This document shows positions 18,731-28,286 of a stretch of 53,637 nt of DNA, one piece after another. The first letter of the stretch is position 1; each line of letters opens with the position of its first letter. This DNA comes from Clostridia bacterium (GTDB lineage: Bacteria; Bacillota; Clostridia; Christensenellales; QALW01). The stretch is from positions 1 through 53,637 of the forward strand of contig JAZSMS010000007.1 of NCBI GenBank assembly GCA_045536015.1, read 5' to 3'. A model generated the notes under the pieces. The model did not search any database, had not been told where the DNA came from, and saw only the letters and a list, made by a program, of their open reading frames with translations. Made by a program: the position numbers and the translations under genes.

Positions 18731-20182
18731 ATGAGAGAATATAAATCAGTAAAAATTAAAAAAAGAACTCGTCTTCAACCTGAGCATATTAAATTTTTGC
18801 TTTACAGAGTTCTTCCTATAATTTTAGTAGTTGTGCTTTCGGTTTCAGCATTTACTATCTGTGAAAAGAAAATAAGCGAAATTATTGCAGAACAAAAATA
18901 TTCTTCGCTTGCAGGTCGCGGTACAGTTGACGATCCACTTTCTGCAGACTACGAGCAAACAAGCGTTGACTGGACTTCTGCTTACAGTTCGCTTGACCCA
19001 GATGGATTTGATCCGCTTGCACTTTCTCCGCTTGGCGTTGTTGACGATATCCGTCCTTCTTCCTCGCTTACCTCGAATATTTACGAGCGTTATTACGGAT
19101 ATTCCAACAAGCAGTCAAAAATCTGGTCAATTCACGATTCTGTCAACAGTGACGTTAGTGCCTGGATATATATGTACGGCCTTGGCATCAACTATCCCGT
19201 TGCTCAAGAAACTGCCGAAAATAAAGAATATTATTTAACGCACACCTACGATAAGGCAAAATCAACCTCGGGAACGATATACATTCCCTCGGAATGCAGT
19301 ATTAACCCAATGTCAAAAAACCTTATCTTATTTGGTCACAATATGCGCGACAACACTATGTTTGCTACGCTTGAAAATTTTTTGGTAGGAACAAAGGCAT
19401 ATTTTAATTCGCACAAATATATTTTTCTAGATACGCTTTACGGCACCTATCGTTACGAAATATACAGTGTTTACAAAACTACTCCCGAAGATATTTATCT
19501 CCGCACGGGTTTTGCAAGCAATTCGGACTTTTTATCCTGGTGTGCCCAAACTCAGCAGCGCAGCAATTATAAAAACGAAGCTGTTTCGTTTTCTGCCACC
19601 GACAGAACAATAACATTATCCACCTGCGATGATACTGCAAAATATAGAATTATTGTTCACGCAAAGCTTGTATTCCCCATTCCTACCGACGATATTGACG
19701 AAACGTATTCGCCTGATTTCAATAATCCCGATAACAGCAACATTTCGTCTGATATCCCCGATAATTCAACCTCTGCTAACGATAAATACGACTTTAAGGT
19801 TGACGACAGGTATATCGTAACTCTTAAAGACCCCACAAGTACTATGCGTCTTCGTAGCGGTGCTTCTACAACAAGTCAGGTTGTAGGCAGTCTTGCACAC
19901 GGCACGCAGGTTGCTATTTTAGAGAATAAAGACAAAGATTGGGTAAAAGTTAAAACTATTGGCGGTATGGAAGGCTATATGCTTAAACAATACCTTGTTT
20001 TTGACGAAGATTTTTCGTTTACTATTCCAACGGCAACCGTAGCGCCGCCCGAGAATAATTTGGTAACACCTACTCCTACGGCGCCGCCTGAGGTTACTCC
20101 TACACCCGAGGTTACTCCCGAGGCTACGCAGGAGCCTACACCAACACTAGCACCTACACCCGAAACCACACCCACTACATAA
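18731..20182 (+). CDS. Class B sortase fused to an SH3b-like domain and a Pro/Thr-rich tail
   Basis: N-terminal TM (VLPIILVVVLSVSAFTI). SrtB-type core: WIYMYGLGINYPVAQ, LILFGHNM (catalytic His), TLSTCDD (catalytic Cys), RIIVHAKL (Arg). SH3b-like segment: TMRLRSGASTTSQVVGSLAHGTQVAILENKDKDWVKVKTIGGMEGYMLKQYLV. Tail: TPTPTAPPEVTPTPEVTPEATQEPTPTLAPTPETTPTT. Confidence 0.8.
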   Translation: MREYKSVKIKKRTRLQPEHIKFLLYRVLPIILVVVLSVSAFTICEKKISEIIAEQKYSSLAGRGTVDDPLSADYEQTSVDWTSAYSSLDPDGFDPLALSPLGVVDDIRPSSSLTSNIYERYYGYSNKQSKIWSIHDSVNSDVSAWIYMYGLGINYPVAQETAENKEYYLTHTYDKAKSTSGTIYIPSECSINPMSKNLILFGHNMRDNTMFATLENFLVGTKAYFNSHKYIFLDTLYGTYRYEIYSVYKTTPEDIYLRTGFASNSDFLSWCAQTQQRSNYKNEAVSFSATDRTITLSTCDDTAKYRIIVHAKLVFPIPTDDIDETYSPDFNNPDNSNISSDIPDNSTSANDKYDFKVDDRYIVTLKDPTSTMRLRSGASTTSQVVGSLAHGTQVAILENKDKDWVKVKTIGGMEGYMLKQYLVFDEDFSFTIPTATVAPPENNLVTPTPTAPPEVTPTPEVTPEATQEPTPTLAPTPETTPTT

Positions 20183-20192
20183 GGAGAATTTT

Positions 20193-21017
20193 ATGAGCGA
20201 AATTAGACAATCTAACGGCCAATTCATTATGCTTGGCGAGACTAAAATCAGATATTTTGAACAAGGCGAAGGCGAAACCGTTTTATTTATTCACGGTCTT
20301 GGTCAGGCAATGTATACTTTTCGCCGAAATGTACTTGAGCTTGCAAAGCACTGCCACGTTGTTTCTATTGACTTGATTGGTCACGGTCTTTCCTCGTGTG
20401 TTGATTGCGAATATACTATTGCCGACTTTTCAAAATTACTTGCCGACTTTATGGATGCAATGAATATTGAAAAAGCAACGTTGGTAGGCTTTTCTACCGG
20501 CGCTATGATTGCTCTTGACGTTGCCGAAAATTACCCCGACCTTGTTAAGCGTCTTGTACTTTTATCCCCCGGCGGAATAACAAAATCGTATCCATCACAA
20601 ATTAAAAACCTAAAAAAACCTTTTCTTGCGGATTTACTCTTCACCTTCTTTAGTAAGTCAATGATCAAAAAAGTACTTATGCAGGCATATTACAATCCAT
20701 CGTTTGTAAAAAAAGACGTTATCGAGCATTATTACAAGATATTATCTAATTCAAGCACGCGCGATGCATTTATTACCTCCGTTGCAAATTGGGACGATTT
20801 AAACGTATATGAAAACCTCTCTTTAGTTTCTGCCCCATCTTATATCTTTTGGGGAGAAGAAGATACTTTCCATCCCATTTTAATGCTTGAAACGTTTGAA
20901 GAAGAACTTTCTGACGTTTACGTTGCAACCCTTGCTTCTTGCGGGCATATGGTTCACGAAGAACGCGCAAACGAAATTAATCAAAAGCTTATATCAATTA
21001 TTTCATCAAATGATTAA
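20193..21017 (+). CDS. Alpha/beta-fold hydrolase
   Basis: HGLGQ oxyanion region, nucleophile elbow GFSTGA, and C-terminal CGHMVHEE (catalytic His). Confidence 0.8.
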   Translation: MSEIRQSNGQFIMLGETKIRYFEQGEGETVLFIHGLGQAMYTFRRNVLELAKHCHVVSIDLIGHGLSSCVDCEYTIADFSKLLADFMDAMNIEKATLVGFSTGAMIALDVAENYPDLVKRLVLLSPGGITKSYPSQIKNLKKPFLADLLFTFFSKSMIKKVLMQAYYNPSFVKKDVIEHYYKILSNSSTRDAFITSVANWDDLNVYENLSLVSAPSYIFWGEEDTFHPILMLETFEEELSDVYVATLASCGHMVHEERANEINQKLISIISSND

Positions 21018-21023
21018 ACAAGT

Positions 21024-21052
21024 AAAACGGCAGTTTTAACTGCCGTTTTTTT
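21024..21052 (+). terminator. Intrinsic terminator
   Basis: cggcag (21028-21033), loop ttttaa, then ctgccg (21040-21045), followed by T7. Confidence 0.75.
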
Positions 21053-21083
21053 ATTCCCAAAACCAAGTGATAGTCGCGTTGCT

Positions 21084-21113
21084 TAAAAAAAACAAGTCCG
21101 CTTTAGCGGACTT
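21084..21113 (-). terminator. Intrinsic terminator overlapping the stop codon of the phosphatase gene
   Basis: aagtccgc (21094-21101), loop ttta, then gcggactt (21106-21113). The minus-strand T-run corresponds to the plus-strand A8 at 21085-21092. Confidence 0.7.
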
Positions 21114-21798
21114 ATTTATAAAATAAATTTTTTGCATTTTTAAAAAGATAATCCATTTGTTCTTCGTTTAAATATTTTGAAAGCAAATTAAAATTTATTG
21201 TACGTTGTTCTAAATCGTGAGCATCCGTTCCACAAAGATGAATAAGGCCTAAATCAATATATTGCTTGATCTTTCTCCTATCTCTGCGCTTTAAAAGCGC
21301 CGCATTGTCAAATTGCACAAGACAGCCAATATCATTAAGCCACACAAGACCTTTGTAATTAAAAAGCCATCTATATCGCTCTACGTGCGCGATTATCGGA
21401 ATAACAGAATAGTTTGCAAACAACTTATTTATTTGAGGCTCAAGCTTTTTTTGCTTTCTCATACTATCCGGCAATTCGATAAGCATATATCTCGTACCCT
21501 GATAGCATAATTCATCAAGGCTTTCGTTAGAAAAAATATTTCTCGAAAGCAACACTTCTGCACCAAGTCTTACCTTTATGCCTTCGTTTTGAAAAATAAG
21601 TTTTGTCTGTTTAAAAATTTTTTTGCGGTTTGCAATAAATTCATTAAGTTGGCCATGGTTAGAGTAAAAATGCGGTGTTAAGCAAACCTCGTCTACTCCC
21701 TGTTCTTTTAACAGTTTAACAAGTTCCAACACAGTTTTTTCATCTTTTGCGCCATCATCAATTCCTGGCAAAAGATGCGAATGAACATCAATTTTCAT
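21112..21798 (-). CDS. PHP-type protein-tyrosine phosphatase (CpsB/YwqE family)
   Basis: N-terminal MKIDVHSHLLPGIDDGA, plus further metal-binding His residues (AHVERY, GTDAH). Confidence 0.85.
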   Translation of the reverse strand: MKIDVHSHLLPGIDDGAKDEKTVLELVKLLKEQGVDEVCLTPHFYSNHGQLNEFIANRKKIFKQTKLIFQNEGIKVRLGAEVLLSRNIFSNESLDELCYQGTRYMLIELPDSMRKQKKLEPQINKLFANYSVIPIIAHVERYRWLFNYKGLVWLNDIGCLVQFDNAALLKRRDRRKIKQYIDLGLIHLCGTDAHDLEQRTINFNLLSKYLNEEQMDYLFKNAKNLFYK

Positions 21799-22490
21799 CG
21801 ATAATACTTGTATTTGTATGAATATTTGCCATAACGTTTTTCGTACGCACGACTTCCATTCAAAACAAAGCCTAATATTTTTGCATTAAAGCGTTTAAGA
21901 TTTTCAATTGCTTTATCAATTTCATTACGGTCAGAACGCTTTTCGTATGCAACAAATACAACGCCGTCAGAGTGTGAAATAAGAGCAAGCGCATCAGCAA
22001 CAACGTTGATCGGAGGTGTGTCGATAATTATATAGTCATAATCCTCTTCAAGCATCTCAAGAAGCTCAAAAAACCTCTCACTTGTAAGCAACTCCGAAGG
22101 ATTTGGCGATATAACGCCACCGCAAATTACCGAAAGATTTGTGTTAGGAACAGTTTGAATAATTTCGTTAAGCTCACACATACCGCTTAAATAGTTAGTT
22201 AAGCCGGGTGTGTTTTTTATTTTGAAAAATTTTGCAACGTCTGGCTTTCTTAAATCGCAATCAATTAAAAGCACGCGTGAATTTATCTGCTTTGAAAAAA
22301 CTGCGGCAATATTACAACTTGTAGTAGTTTTTCCAACGTGTGCAAGAGCGCTTGTTATAAGTATCTTTTTGCAACCCTTTTTAGCAACAGAAAGAGCAAT
22401 GTTCATTCTTGCGATTTTATAAGCTTCAACGGTGATGAAATTTACACTGCTATCCGAAATTTTTCTGTTTTTCTTAGCCATTTTTTTCAT
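21795..22490 (-). CDS. BY-kinase cytoplasmic catalytic subunit (CpsD/YwqD family)
   Basis: Walker A SALAHVGKTT, Walker A' LLIDCDLRKP, Walker B IIIDTPP, and a C-terminal Tyr cluster YGKYSYKYKYYR. Confidence 0.88.
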   Translation of the reverse strand: MKKMAKKNRKISDSSVNFITVEAYKIARMNIALSVAKKGCKKILITSALAHVGKTTTSCNIAAVFSKQINSRVLLIDCDLRKPDVAKFFKIKNTPGLTNYLSGMCELNEIIQTVPNTNLSVICGGVISPNPSELLTSERFFELLEMLEEDYDYIIIDTPPINVVADALALISHSDGVVFVAYEKRSDRNEIDKAIENLKRFNAKILGFVLNGSRAYEKRYGKYSYKYKYYR

Positions 22491-23196
22491 CCTCCGTTTT
22501 ACTTATATGAGAATAATAACTATTCTTATTTATTTTAATGTTAAAATCAGGAACTACTGCAATAATAGGAAGTCCGTATCTCTCCGTTAAGTCGGCTTCT
22601 TCATTGATCTTATGATCAGTAATTTCAAGTACAACAAACAAAGCTACTAAAACAATTGCCGTTGCACAAGCCGCTATAACTGCATTTAAAAACGGATTTG
22701 GTGCAGACGGGCTTGTAGGAATTTCGGGACTTTCGTAAACCGCAACGGTTATACGGCTTGTTCCACCAAGCATCTGTGATACAAATTCAGGTGCACATTC
22801 TCCAACAGCCTTTGCTACTGCATACGCACTTTCGGGAGAACTATCCGAAGCTACAATAGCAAGGTTGGTTGTTTCTTCCGTTGATTTAATAGAAATCGAT
22901 GGTTTGTGGTCTATTTGAGCATGATCGCGCACTGCCGTCAAAAAGTCTTTTGATTGAAAATATTGCTCGCAGTTTTTTACAACCTTACCCGCCGTAACAA
23001 GTCCGTTATTTATGTTTGCAAGCGTATCATCATCAACAGTACCGTTGATGGTTATTCCTATTTTTGCCGAATACGTCGGCGTAATTAAAAATTCGCTTCC
23101 AAAATAAGCACCTATTCCCAGGAGGAATGATAAAATTATCAAAAGCGTTATATGCTTTTTAATAATTTTAAGCAACTTTTCCAATGAAATTTCCAT
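22474..23196 (-). CDS. Wzz/CpsC-type chain-length determinant, transmembrane activator of the BY-kinase
   Basis: N- and C-terminal TM segments flank a periplasm-like domain. Overlaps the kinase gene by 17 nt. Confidence 0.8.
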   Translation of the reverse strand: MEISLEKLLKIIKKHITLLIILSFLLGIGAYFGSEFLITPTYSAKIGITINGTVDDDTLANINNGLVTAGKVVKNCEQYFQSKDFLTAVRDHAQIDHKPSISIKSTEETTNLAIVASDSSPESAYAVAKAVGECAPEFVSQMLGGTSRITVAVYESPEIPTSPSAPNPFLNAVIAACATAIVLVALFVVLEITDHKINEEADLTERYGLPIIAVVPDFNIKINKNSYYSHISKTEDEKNG

Positions 23197-23214
23197 CGTT
23201 TTTAGCTCCTAAAT

Positions 23215-24621
23215 TTAAATAATAAATTTTTCGTTCTTTTTAGGTCTAGCATCAAGTTCTTTTTTCTTCTCGTCATATCCGGGGCGTCCAAGTAAAGCGT
23301 AAGTTGCATTTTTACCTTCTTCTACACCGGGCTGGTCAAATGTATTAATTCCAAGCATAGCACCGCAGTATGCAGTTTCAAGCTCGTAGAAATACAAAAG
23401 CTGACCTATAGTAAATGCGTTTACTTCAGGAATAATTATGGTGTGGTTAAGATGACCACTCTTTAAAAGAGCATATTCGGTAGCAATTCGCTCTGCGGTA
23501 ATAAGCTCGTTCATAGTGTGTCCACAAAGGAAGTTAACATTGGGGAATTCTTCGCATCCATCGGGGATATTAACCGTTGTACGATAATTCTCCACACCGA
23601 TTATAGTTATAACCTTATCAAACGGACCTTCGGTATAAAGCTGAACCTGACTGTGCTGATCGGTAACGCCAAGAGCCTTAACCGGAGTTTGACCTACGAA
23701 CACTTCTTCACCGGCAAGATTAAATCTTTTACCTATCGATTCGCCCCAAAGCTGACAATACCAGTCGGCAATAAACTTAAGGCTATCGGCATAAGGCATC
23801 ATAACCGAAATATTGCAACCCTTTTGCATCGCAAGATATTGCATTGCCGCCGCCATCAAAGCAGGGTTTTTAAATATATCGTCGCTTGAGGCAACTTTAT
23901 CCATAAAAGCTGCACCTTCAAGCATTGCCTTAATATCAATACCACAAACTGCCGCTGCAAGCATACCAACGGGAGTCATTTCGCTAAAACGACCGCCAAC
24001 ACTATCGGGAATAATAAACATTTTAAAGCCTTCTTTTTGAACAAGCTTTATTAAATTTCCCTTTTCTTTATCGGTAGTAGCAATAATATGCTCTGCAGCC
24101 TTATCTCCAAGCTTTTTAACAAGTGCATCCCAAATGATAAGATACTGTGTCATCGTTTCGCTTGTAGAGCCCGATTTAGAAATTACGTTAAAGCACGTTT
24201 TTTCAATATCTATTACATCAAACAATGCTTCCATTCTTTCAGGATCAACATTATCCTCAACAAAAAGTTTAGGACAACCGTTACGCTTTTCTTTAGGAAG
24301 GTCGTTATAATGCAAGTGATTAAGTGCCTGCTGAACAGCAATCGGTCCAAGTGCCGAGCCACCGATACCAAGAACAACAAAATTATCAAATTTTTCTTTA
24401 ATAACCTCAGCAGTTGCTAAAATATCTTCAACAATTTCGTCTTGATTATATGGCAATTCGGTCCAACCCATCATACCCGTTCCGCGATTTGCCTTTACGT
24501 TTGCAAAAGCATCTTTTGCCTTAGGAATAATCGCCTCAATCTGCTGATAAGTAAAGCCTTTTTCGCCGATTTGATCAGCCATCATGTTGTTAACGTCAAG
24601 TTTGATTCTCATGTTTTCCAT
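23215..24621 (-). CDS. pgi: Glucose-6-phosphate isomerase
   Basis: About 450-aa Firmicutes-type PGI (GIGGSALGP, SKSGSTSET, GGRFS). Start taken at MENMRIKLD (24621), which has GGGGTG upstream; the alternative start is 24612. Confidence 0.9.
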   Translation of the reverse strand: MENMRIKLDVNNMMADQIGEKGFTYQQIEAIIPKAKDAFANVKANRGTGMMGWTELPYNQDEIVEDILATAEVIKEKFDNFVVLGIGGSALGPIAVQQALNHLHYNDLPKEKRNGCPKLFVEDNVDPERMEALFDVIDIEKTCFNVISKSGSTSETMTQYLIIWDALVKKLGDKAAEHIIATTDKEKGNLIKLVQKEGFKMFIIPDSVGGRFSEMTPVGMLAAAVCGIDIKAMLEGAAFMDKVASSDDIFKNPALMAAAMQYLAMQKGCNISVMMPYADSLKFIADWYCQLWGESIGKRFNLAGEEVFVGQTPVKALGVTDQHSQVQLYTEGPFDKVITIIGVENYRTTVNIPDGCEEFPNVNFLCGHTMNELITAERIATEYALLKSGHLNHTIIIPEVNAFTIGQLLYFYELETAYCGAMLGINTFDQPGVEEGKNATYALLGRPGYDEKKKELDARPKKNEKFII

Positions 24622-24704
24622 AAAAATAAGCACCCCATTTTAAGTATTTAATTTATTGTACCACTAATGGCACATTTTTGCAACCTTTTTTAAAATATAA
24701 CGGT

Positions 24705-25055
24705 TTATTTATCGGTGTAAACAAACATATTTTCACCGTTATTCCACAAATGTTCAAGATTATAAAAAATTCTGTCCTCATCTTTAAAAATATGAACAAG
24801 AACATCAGAAAAATCAACAATTATCCATCTTGCCTCATCGTAGCCGTCAATTCTGAAAATTTGCTCGTTTTGCTTTTTTGCCTGCTCTTCAATGTTATCG
24901 CAAATTGCCTTAACCTGCGCTGCACTTTGAGCAGAACAAATAATAAATTTATCAGCAATAACACTCATTTTAGAAATATCAATAACCGCAATATTATTTG
25001 CTTTTTTATCGGCAGCCGCCTCGCATATAAGCTTTACTTTTTCGTTTAATTCCAT
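24705..25055 (-). CDS. rsfS: Ribosome silencing factor RsfS (iojap)
   Basis: 116 aa, with the nadD-yqeK-rsfS gene order and the WIIVDFSDVLVHIF motif. Confidence 0.85.
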   Translation of the reverse strand: MELNEKVKLICEAAADKKANNIAVIDISKMSVIADKFIICSAQSAAQVKAICDNIEEQAKKQNEQIFRIDGYDEARWIIVDFSDVLVHIFKDEDRIFYNLEHLWNNGENMFVYTDK

Positions 25056-25606
25056 TAGTTTTCCCCTTTTAAATCTTTAATCGTTTCTATTGTTAAGTGA
25101 TGAATCTTATTTCCGTTTGAACTTTCAAATCTTACAACATTTTCAAGACTTTGAAGCACGCCGTCTTTGATTGAAATTTTTGTTTTTTTACGTATCTCTT
25201 CTACTCCGTCATATTCGCGCCCATCTTCTATTGCATCAGCTAAAAAAACTATCATTTCTTCTATCGACATTTTGGGCCTACCCGTAGTATGAAAGCGTAT
25301 GCAATCAAGAATTTTTTTATCAAAAATTCCAAATTCTTCCTCTGCTTTAATTGCACCAAGCGGTGCGTGAATAACTTTTGAATAGTCTGCAAAGTCTGAT
25401 ATTTTTTCAAGATGTTCCTCCGTCGGAACATCTTTTTTTGCACAGTCGTGCAACAGCGCCGCTAAAAACACGGTATCTCTGTTTGCATTAGTCCCTACGC
25501 ACAGTTCCATTGCCATTTGCACAGTCCTTAGCGTATGCAAGAACGTGCGTTCGGGCAAATCTTGCTTTAATTTTTGTTTTATCTGTTCAATCTTTGTATA
25601 ATTCAT
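25055..25606 (-). CDS. yqeK: HD-domain phosphohydrolase YqeK
   Basis: HD motif LLHDCAK and a position immediately downstream of nadD. Confidence 0.8.
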   Translation of the reverse strand: MNYTKIEQIKQKLKQDLPERTFLHTLRTVQMAMELCVGTNANRDTVFLAALLHDCAKKDVPTEEHLEKISDFADYSKVIHAPLGAIKAEEEFGIFDKKILDCIRFHTTGRPKMSIEEMIVFLADAIEDGREYDGVEEIRKKTKISIKDGVLQSLENVVRFESSNGNKIHHLTIETIKDLKGEN

Positions 25607-26156
25607 TTTCTATTATAACCTTTAAAGTTTTGTCTGGAACAAGCCCATCAACTGCTTGTCCGTTTTTTATCTTTTCGCGTATTTTTGTTGAAGAAATATT
25701 GCTTGCAGTATATTCCGCCCTTAAAATACAGGCACCTTTTTCTTCGGCAACGGTGTTTTGTGCTTTAACGCCGGGACGATCGACAACTATAAACTTTGCC
25801 ATTTTAAAAACGTCCTCCGCACGATACCATGTATGCAAGGTTTCTAAAGTATCTCCGCCTATCAAATAAAAATACTCGTCTTTTTTATTAAGCCCCGAAA
25901 GTGTATCAAATGTATACGTTTTTCCTTGACGGTTCATTTCTACAAGCGAGATAAAAAAATCTGCGTTATCCTCTATCGCCTTTTCAAGCATTTTTTTGCG
26001 GATTTCTTTATTTGTTACGTCTTTTTTATGCGGCGCATCGCCAAGCGGAAGAAACATAATTTTATCAAGCTTAAATTTTTCCTTGCAAAATAACGCAAGC
26101 TCTATATGCGCATTATGCGGAGGATCAAACGTTCCGCCCAAAATACCAATTTTCAT
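25587..26156 (-). CDS. nadD: Nicotinate-nucleotide adenylyltransferase
   Basis: GGTFDPPHNAH (HxGH-type) motif and the ISSTKIR motif. Confidence 0.9.
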   Translation of the reverse strand: MKIGILGGTFDPPHNAHIELALFCKEKFKLDKIMFLPLGDAPHKKDVTNKEIRKKMLEKAIEDNADFFISLVEMNRQGKTYTFDTLSGLNKKDEYFYLIGGDTLETLHTWYRAEDVFKMAKFIVVDRPGVKAQNTVAEEKGACILRAEYTASNISSTKIREKIKNGQAVDGLVPDKTLKVIIENELYKD

Positions 26157-26206
26157 ACGTTTATATCTCCAAATTTGTGTTAATAATTACTTTTGAGGTG
26201 AATATT

Positions 26207-26905
26207 TTGACAATCTTGTTCAGTATTTTATTATACCCTATTTTCTTTTTATTCAGCTACGTTTTTGCCGAATATATCTTTCCGACTAAAAATGCAGCTA
26301 TGATTTCTTCGTTTGCCTTTGCGGCAATTTTATCTATTATTTATTATACTATCCGCACTAAAATTAGTCAATACAGCACCGAGCAAAAGCAAACTAATCT
26401 TGCAAAAAAAGAGACCGTTTCTGCAATTATGTTGCTTGACGAAAAAAAGTACCGTTCGTTTTTTAAAAAAGGTGCGTTATGCGATAATTCTGCCCTTGGC
26501 GTTGACGAAGATAAGCTTATTACTTTCCTTAGAAAAAACGAGCCCGAATTTTTAGAAATCTACTCAGTTTCGGGCATAAACGAGGGTTGCAAAAACATTT
26601 TAGATTTTTTGGGTGTTGAATATATTGTTTACTCTCAGGACGAAATAATCGAGCAGATTGACACGTCAATCTTGCAAAAGGTGAATGGAAACACTCAAAA
26701 AAAGTTTAATTTAAGCAAAATTTTTACTGCCGAAACCGCCCGTTTTGCAATAAAATACGGCGTAATGCTTTTTGTTTTAAGCATATTTACGCCGTATAAA
26801 GCCTATTATTTAATTTTTGGCGGTCTTTTAATTATGTTTGCATTATCCGTATTCATTTTTAACCGTCTTAATCAACAAAATCAAATTCCATTTCGTCGAT
26901 CCTGA
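26207..26905 (+). CDS. Hypothetical membrane protein
   Basis: TM segments at both ends. Preferred start is TTG 26207, which lies 8 nt after GAGGTG (26195-26200); the ORF-track start is GTG 26177. The 3' end overlaps obg by 38 nt in convergent orientation. Confidence 0.5.
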   Translation: MTILFSILLYPIFFLFSYVFAEYIFPTKNAAMISSFAFAAILSIIYYTIRTKISQYSTEQKQTNLAKKETVSAIMLLDEKKYRSFFKKGALCDNSALGVDEDKLITFLRKNEPEFLEIYSVSGINEGCKNILDFLGVEYIVYSQDEIIEQIDTSILQKVNGNTQKKFNLSKIFTAETARFAIKYGVMLFVLSIFTPYKAYYLIFGGLLIMFALSVFIFNRLNQQNQIPFRRS

Positions 26906-28130
26906 TAACACAGCCGTCCGTTGCGCCTTTATCACGTAAAGCCTGAATAACGCCCTTTTCGCGAAGCATACGTTGGAAATAATCAAGCGAAAGCGTGTCT
27001 TCAAAGTTGATAGATCGTAACAAGTCATCAATAAGATTGCCTTCTACAACGTAAAGCTCTTGGGAAAGCTTTTTAACTTCAAACTGAGATTTATCCTCTT
27101 TGTAGGTAATCTGCACCTCTGAAGGAATCGGTTCAGGCTCGGGAAGCTCTTTTAATTTTTGCGCAATAGCGCGCAAAAGAGGCTCAAACCCCTTGTTTGT
27201 CGCCGCAGAAACAACATATAGCGGTGCATCGCCTATTTCCTCTTGTAAGCGCTTTATATTGTCTTGTGCGCCAAACATTTCAGACTTATTGGCAACCACA
27301 AACTGCGGAACGTCGCCAAGCGCAAGTGAATAGTTTTCAAGTTCCTTATTTATGGCGCGGTAATCCTCTACGGGATCGCGTCCCTCACAGCCAGAAATAT
27401 CAACAACGTGCATAATAACGCGTGTTCTTTCTATATGGCGCAAGAAAGCGTGACCAAGACCTGCGCCCTCTGCCGCACCTTCGATAAGGCCGGGGATATC
27501 TGCCGCAACAAAGGTAGAATTATCAATTTTAACAACGCCCAAGTTAGGTTCAAGCGTGGTAAAGTGGTAATTTGCAATTTTGGGTCTTGCCTTTGAAATA
27601 ACCGAAAGTATGGTTGATTTACCAACGTTAGGAAAGCCTACTAAACCAACGTCTGCAATGGTTTTAAGTTCTAAAATTATCTTATGCTGTTTTGTAATTT
27701 CGCCGTTTTGTGCAAAATTTGGTGAATGTAATTTAGCCGAAGCGTAGCTTGCATTTCCTCTGCCGCCTCTGCCGCCTTCAAGAATAACTGCGCGTGCATC
27801 CTTTTCAAACATATCAGCTATAACTCCGCCGGTTTCAGCATCCTTAACAATGGTACCGCGCGGAACGCGAATTTCTACACTCTTTCCTCTTGCTCCCGTG
27901 CGAAGATTAGAAGCACCGTTTTCACCGTCTTGGGCAGTAAAGTGCTTTTGAAAATGAAAATCTAACAGTGTGCGCATATCAGGGTCAACAACAACTACTA
28001 CATCGCCGCCCTTTCCGCCATTACCACCGTCAGGTCCACCCGTTTGCACGTACTTTTCCCTATGGAAAGATAATCCGCCGTTACCGCCGTTACCGCTTTT
28101 TACAAAAATTTTTACGTAATCAATAAACAT
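26868..28130 (-). CDS. obg: GTPase Obg/CgtA
   Basis: Gly-rich Obg fold (GGNGGLSFHREKY...GGPDGGNGGKGG), G1 GFPNVGKST, G3 DIPGLIEGA, and a C-terminal OCT domain. Confidence 0.95.
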   Translation of the reverse strand: MFIDYVKIFVKSGNGGNGGLSFHREKYVQTGGPDGGNGGKGGDVVVVVDPDMRTLLDFHFQKHFTAQDGENGASNLRTGARGKSVEIRVPRGTIVKDAETGGVIADMFEKDARAVILEGGRGGRGNASYASAKLHSPNFAQNGEITKQHKIILELKTIADVGLVGFPNVGKSTILSVISKARPKIANYHFTTLEPNLGVVKIDNSTFVAADIPGLIEGAAEGAGLGHAFLRHIERTRVIMHVVDISGCEGRDPVEDYRAINKELENYSLALGDVPQFVVANKSEMFGAQDNIKRLQEEIGDAPLYVVSAATNKGFEPLLRAIAQKLKELPEPEPIPSEVQITYKEDKSQFEVKKLSQELYVVEGNLIDDLLRSINFEDTLSLDYFQRMLREKGVIQALRDKGATDGCVIRIDEMEFDFVD

Positions 28131-28286
28131 ATTTTTCTCCTGAAAATTACGTGTTTTTCCTTTTTATTATGAAAATAATTGTTGTTTATATTAATGGAAA
28201 TATTGCCAAATAACCATTTATCAAACGTAAAGTTGCTTTTTAATTTTCTTATTTTTAAAAAGAAATCTAATGTATTGTAGCATCTT

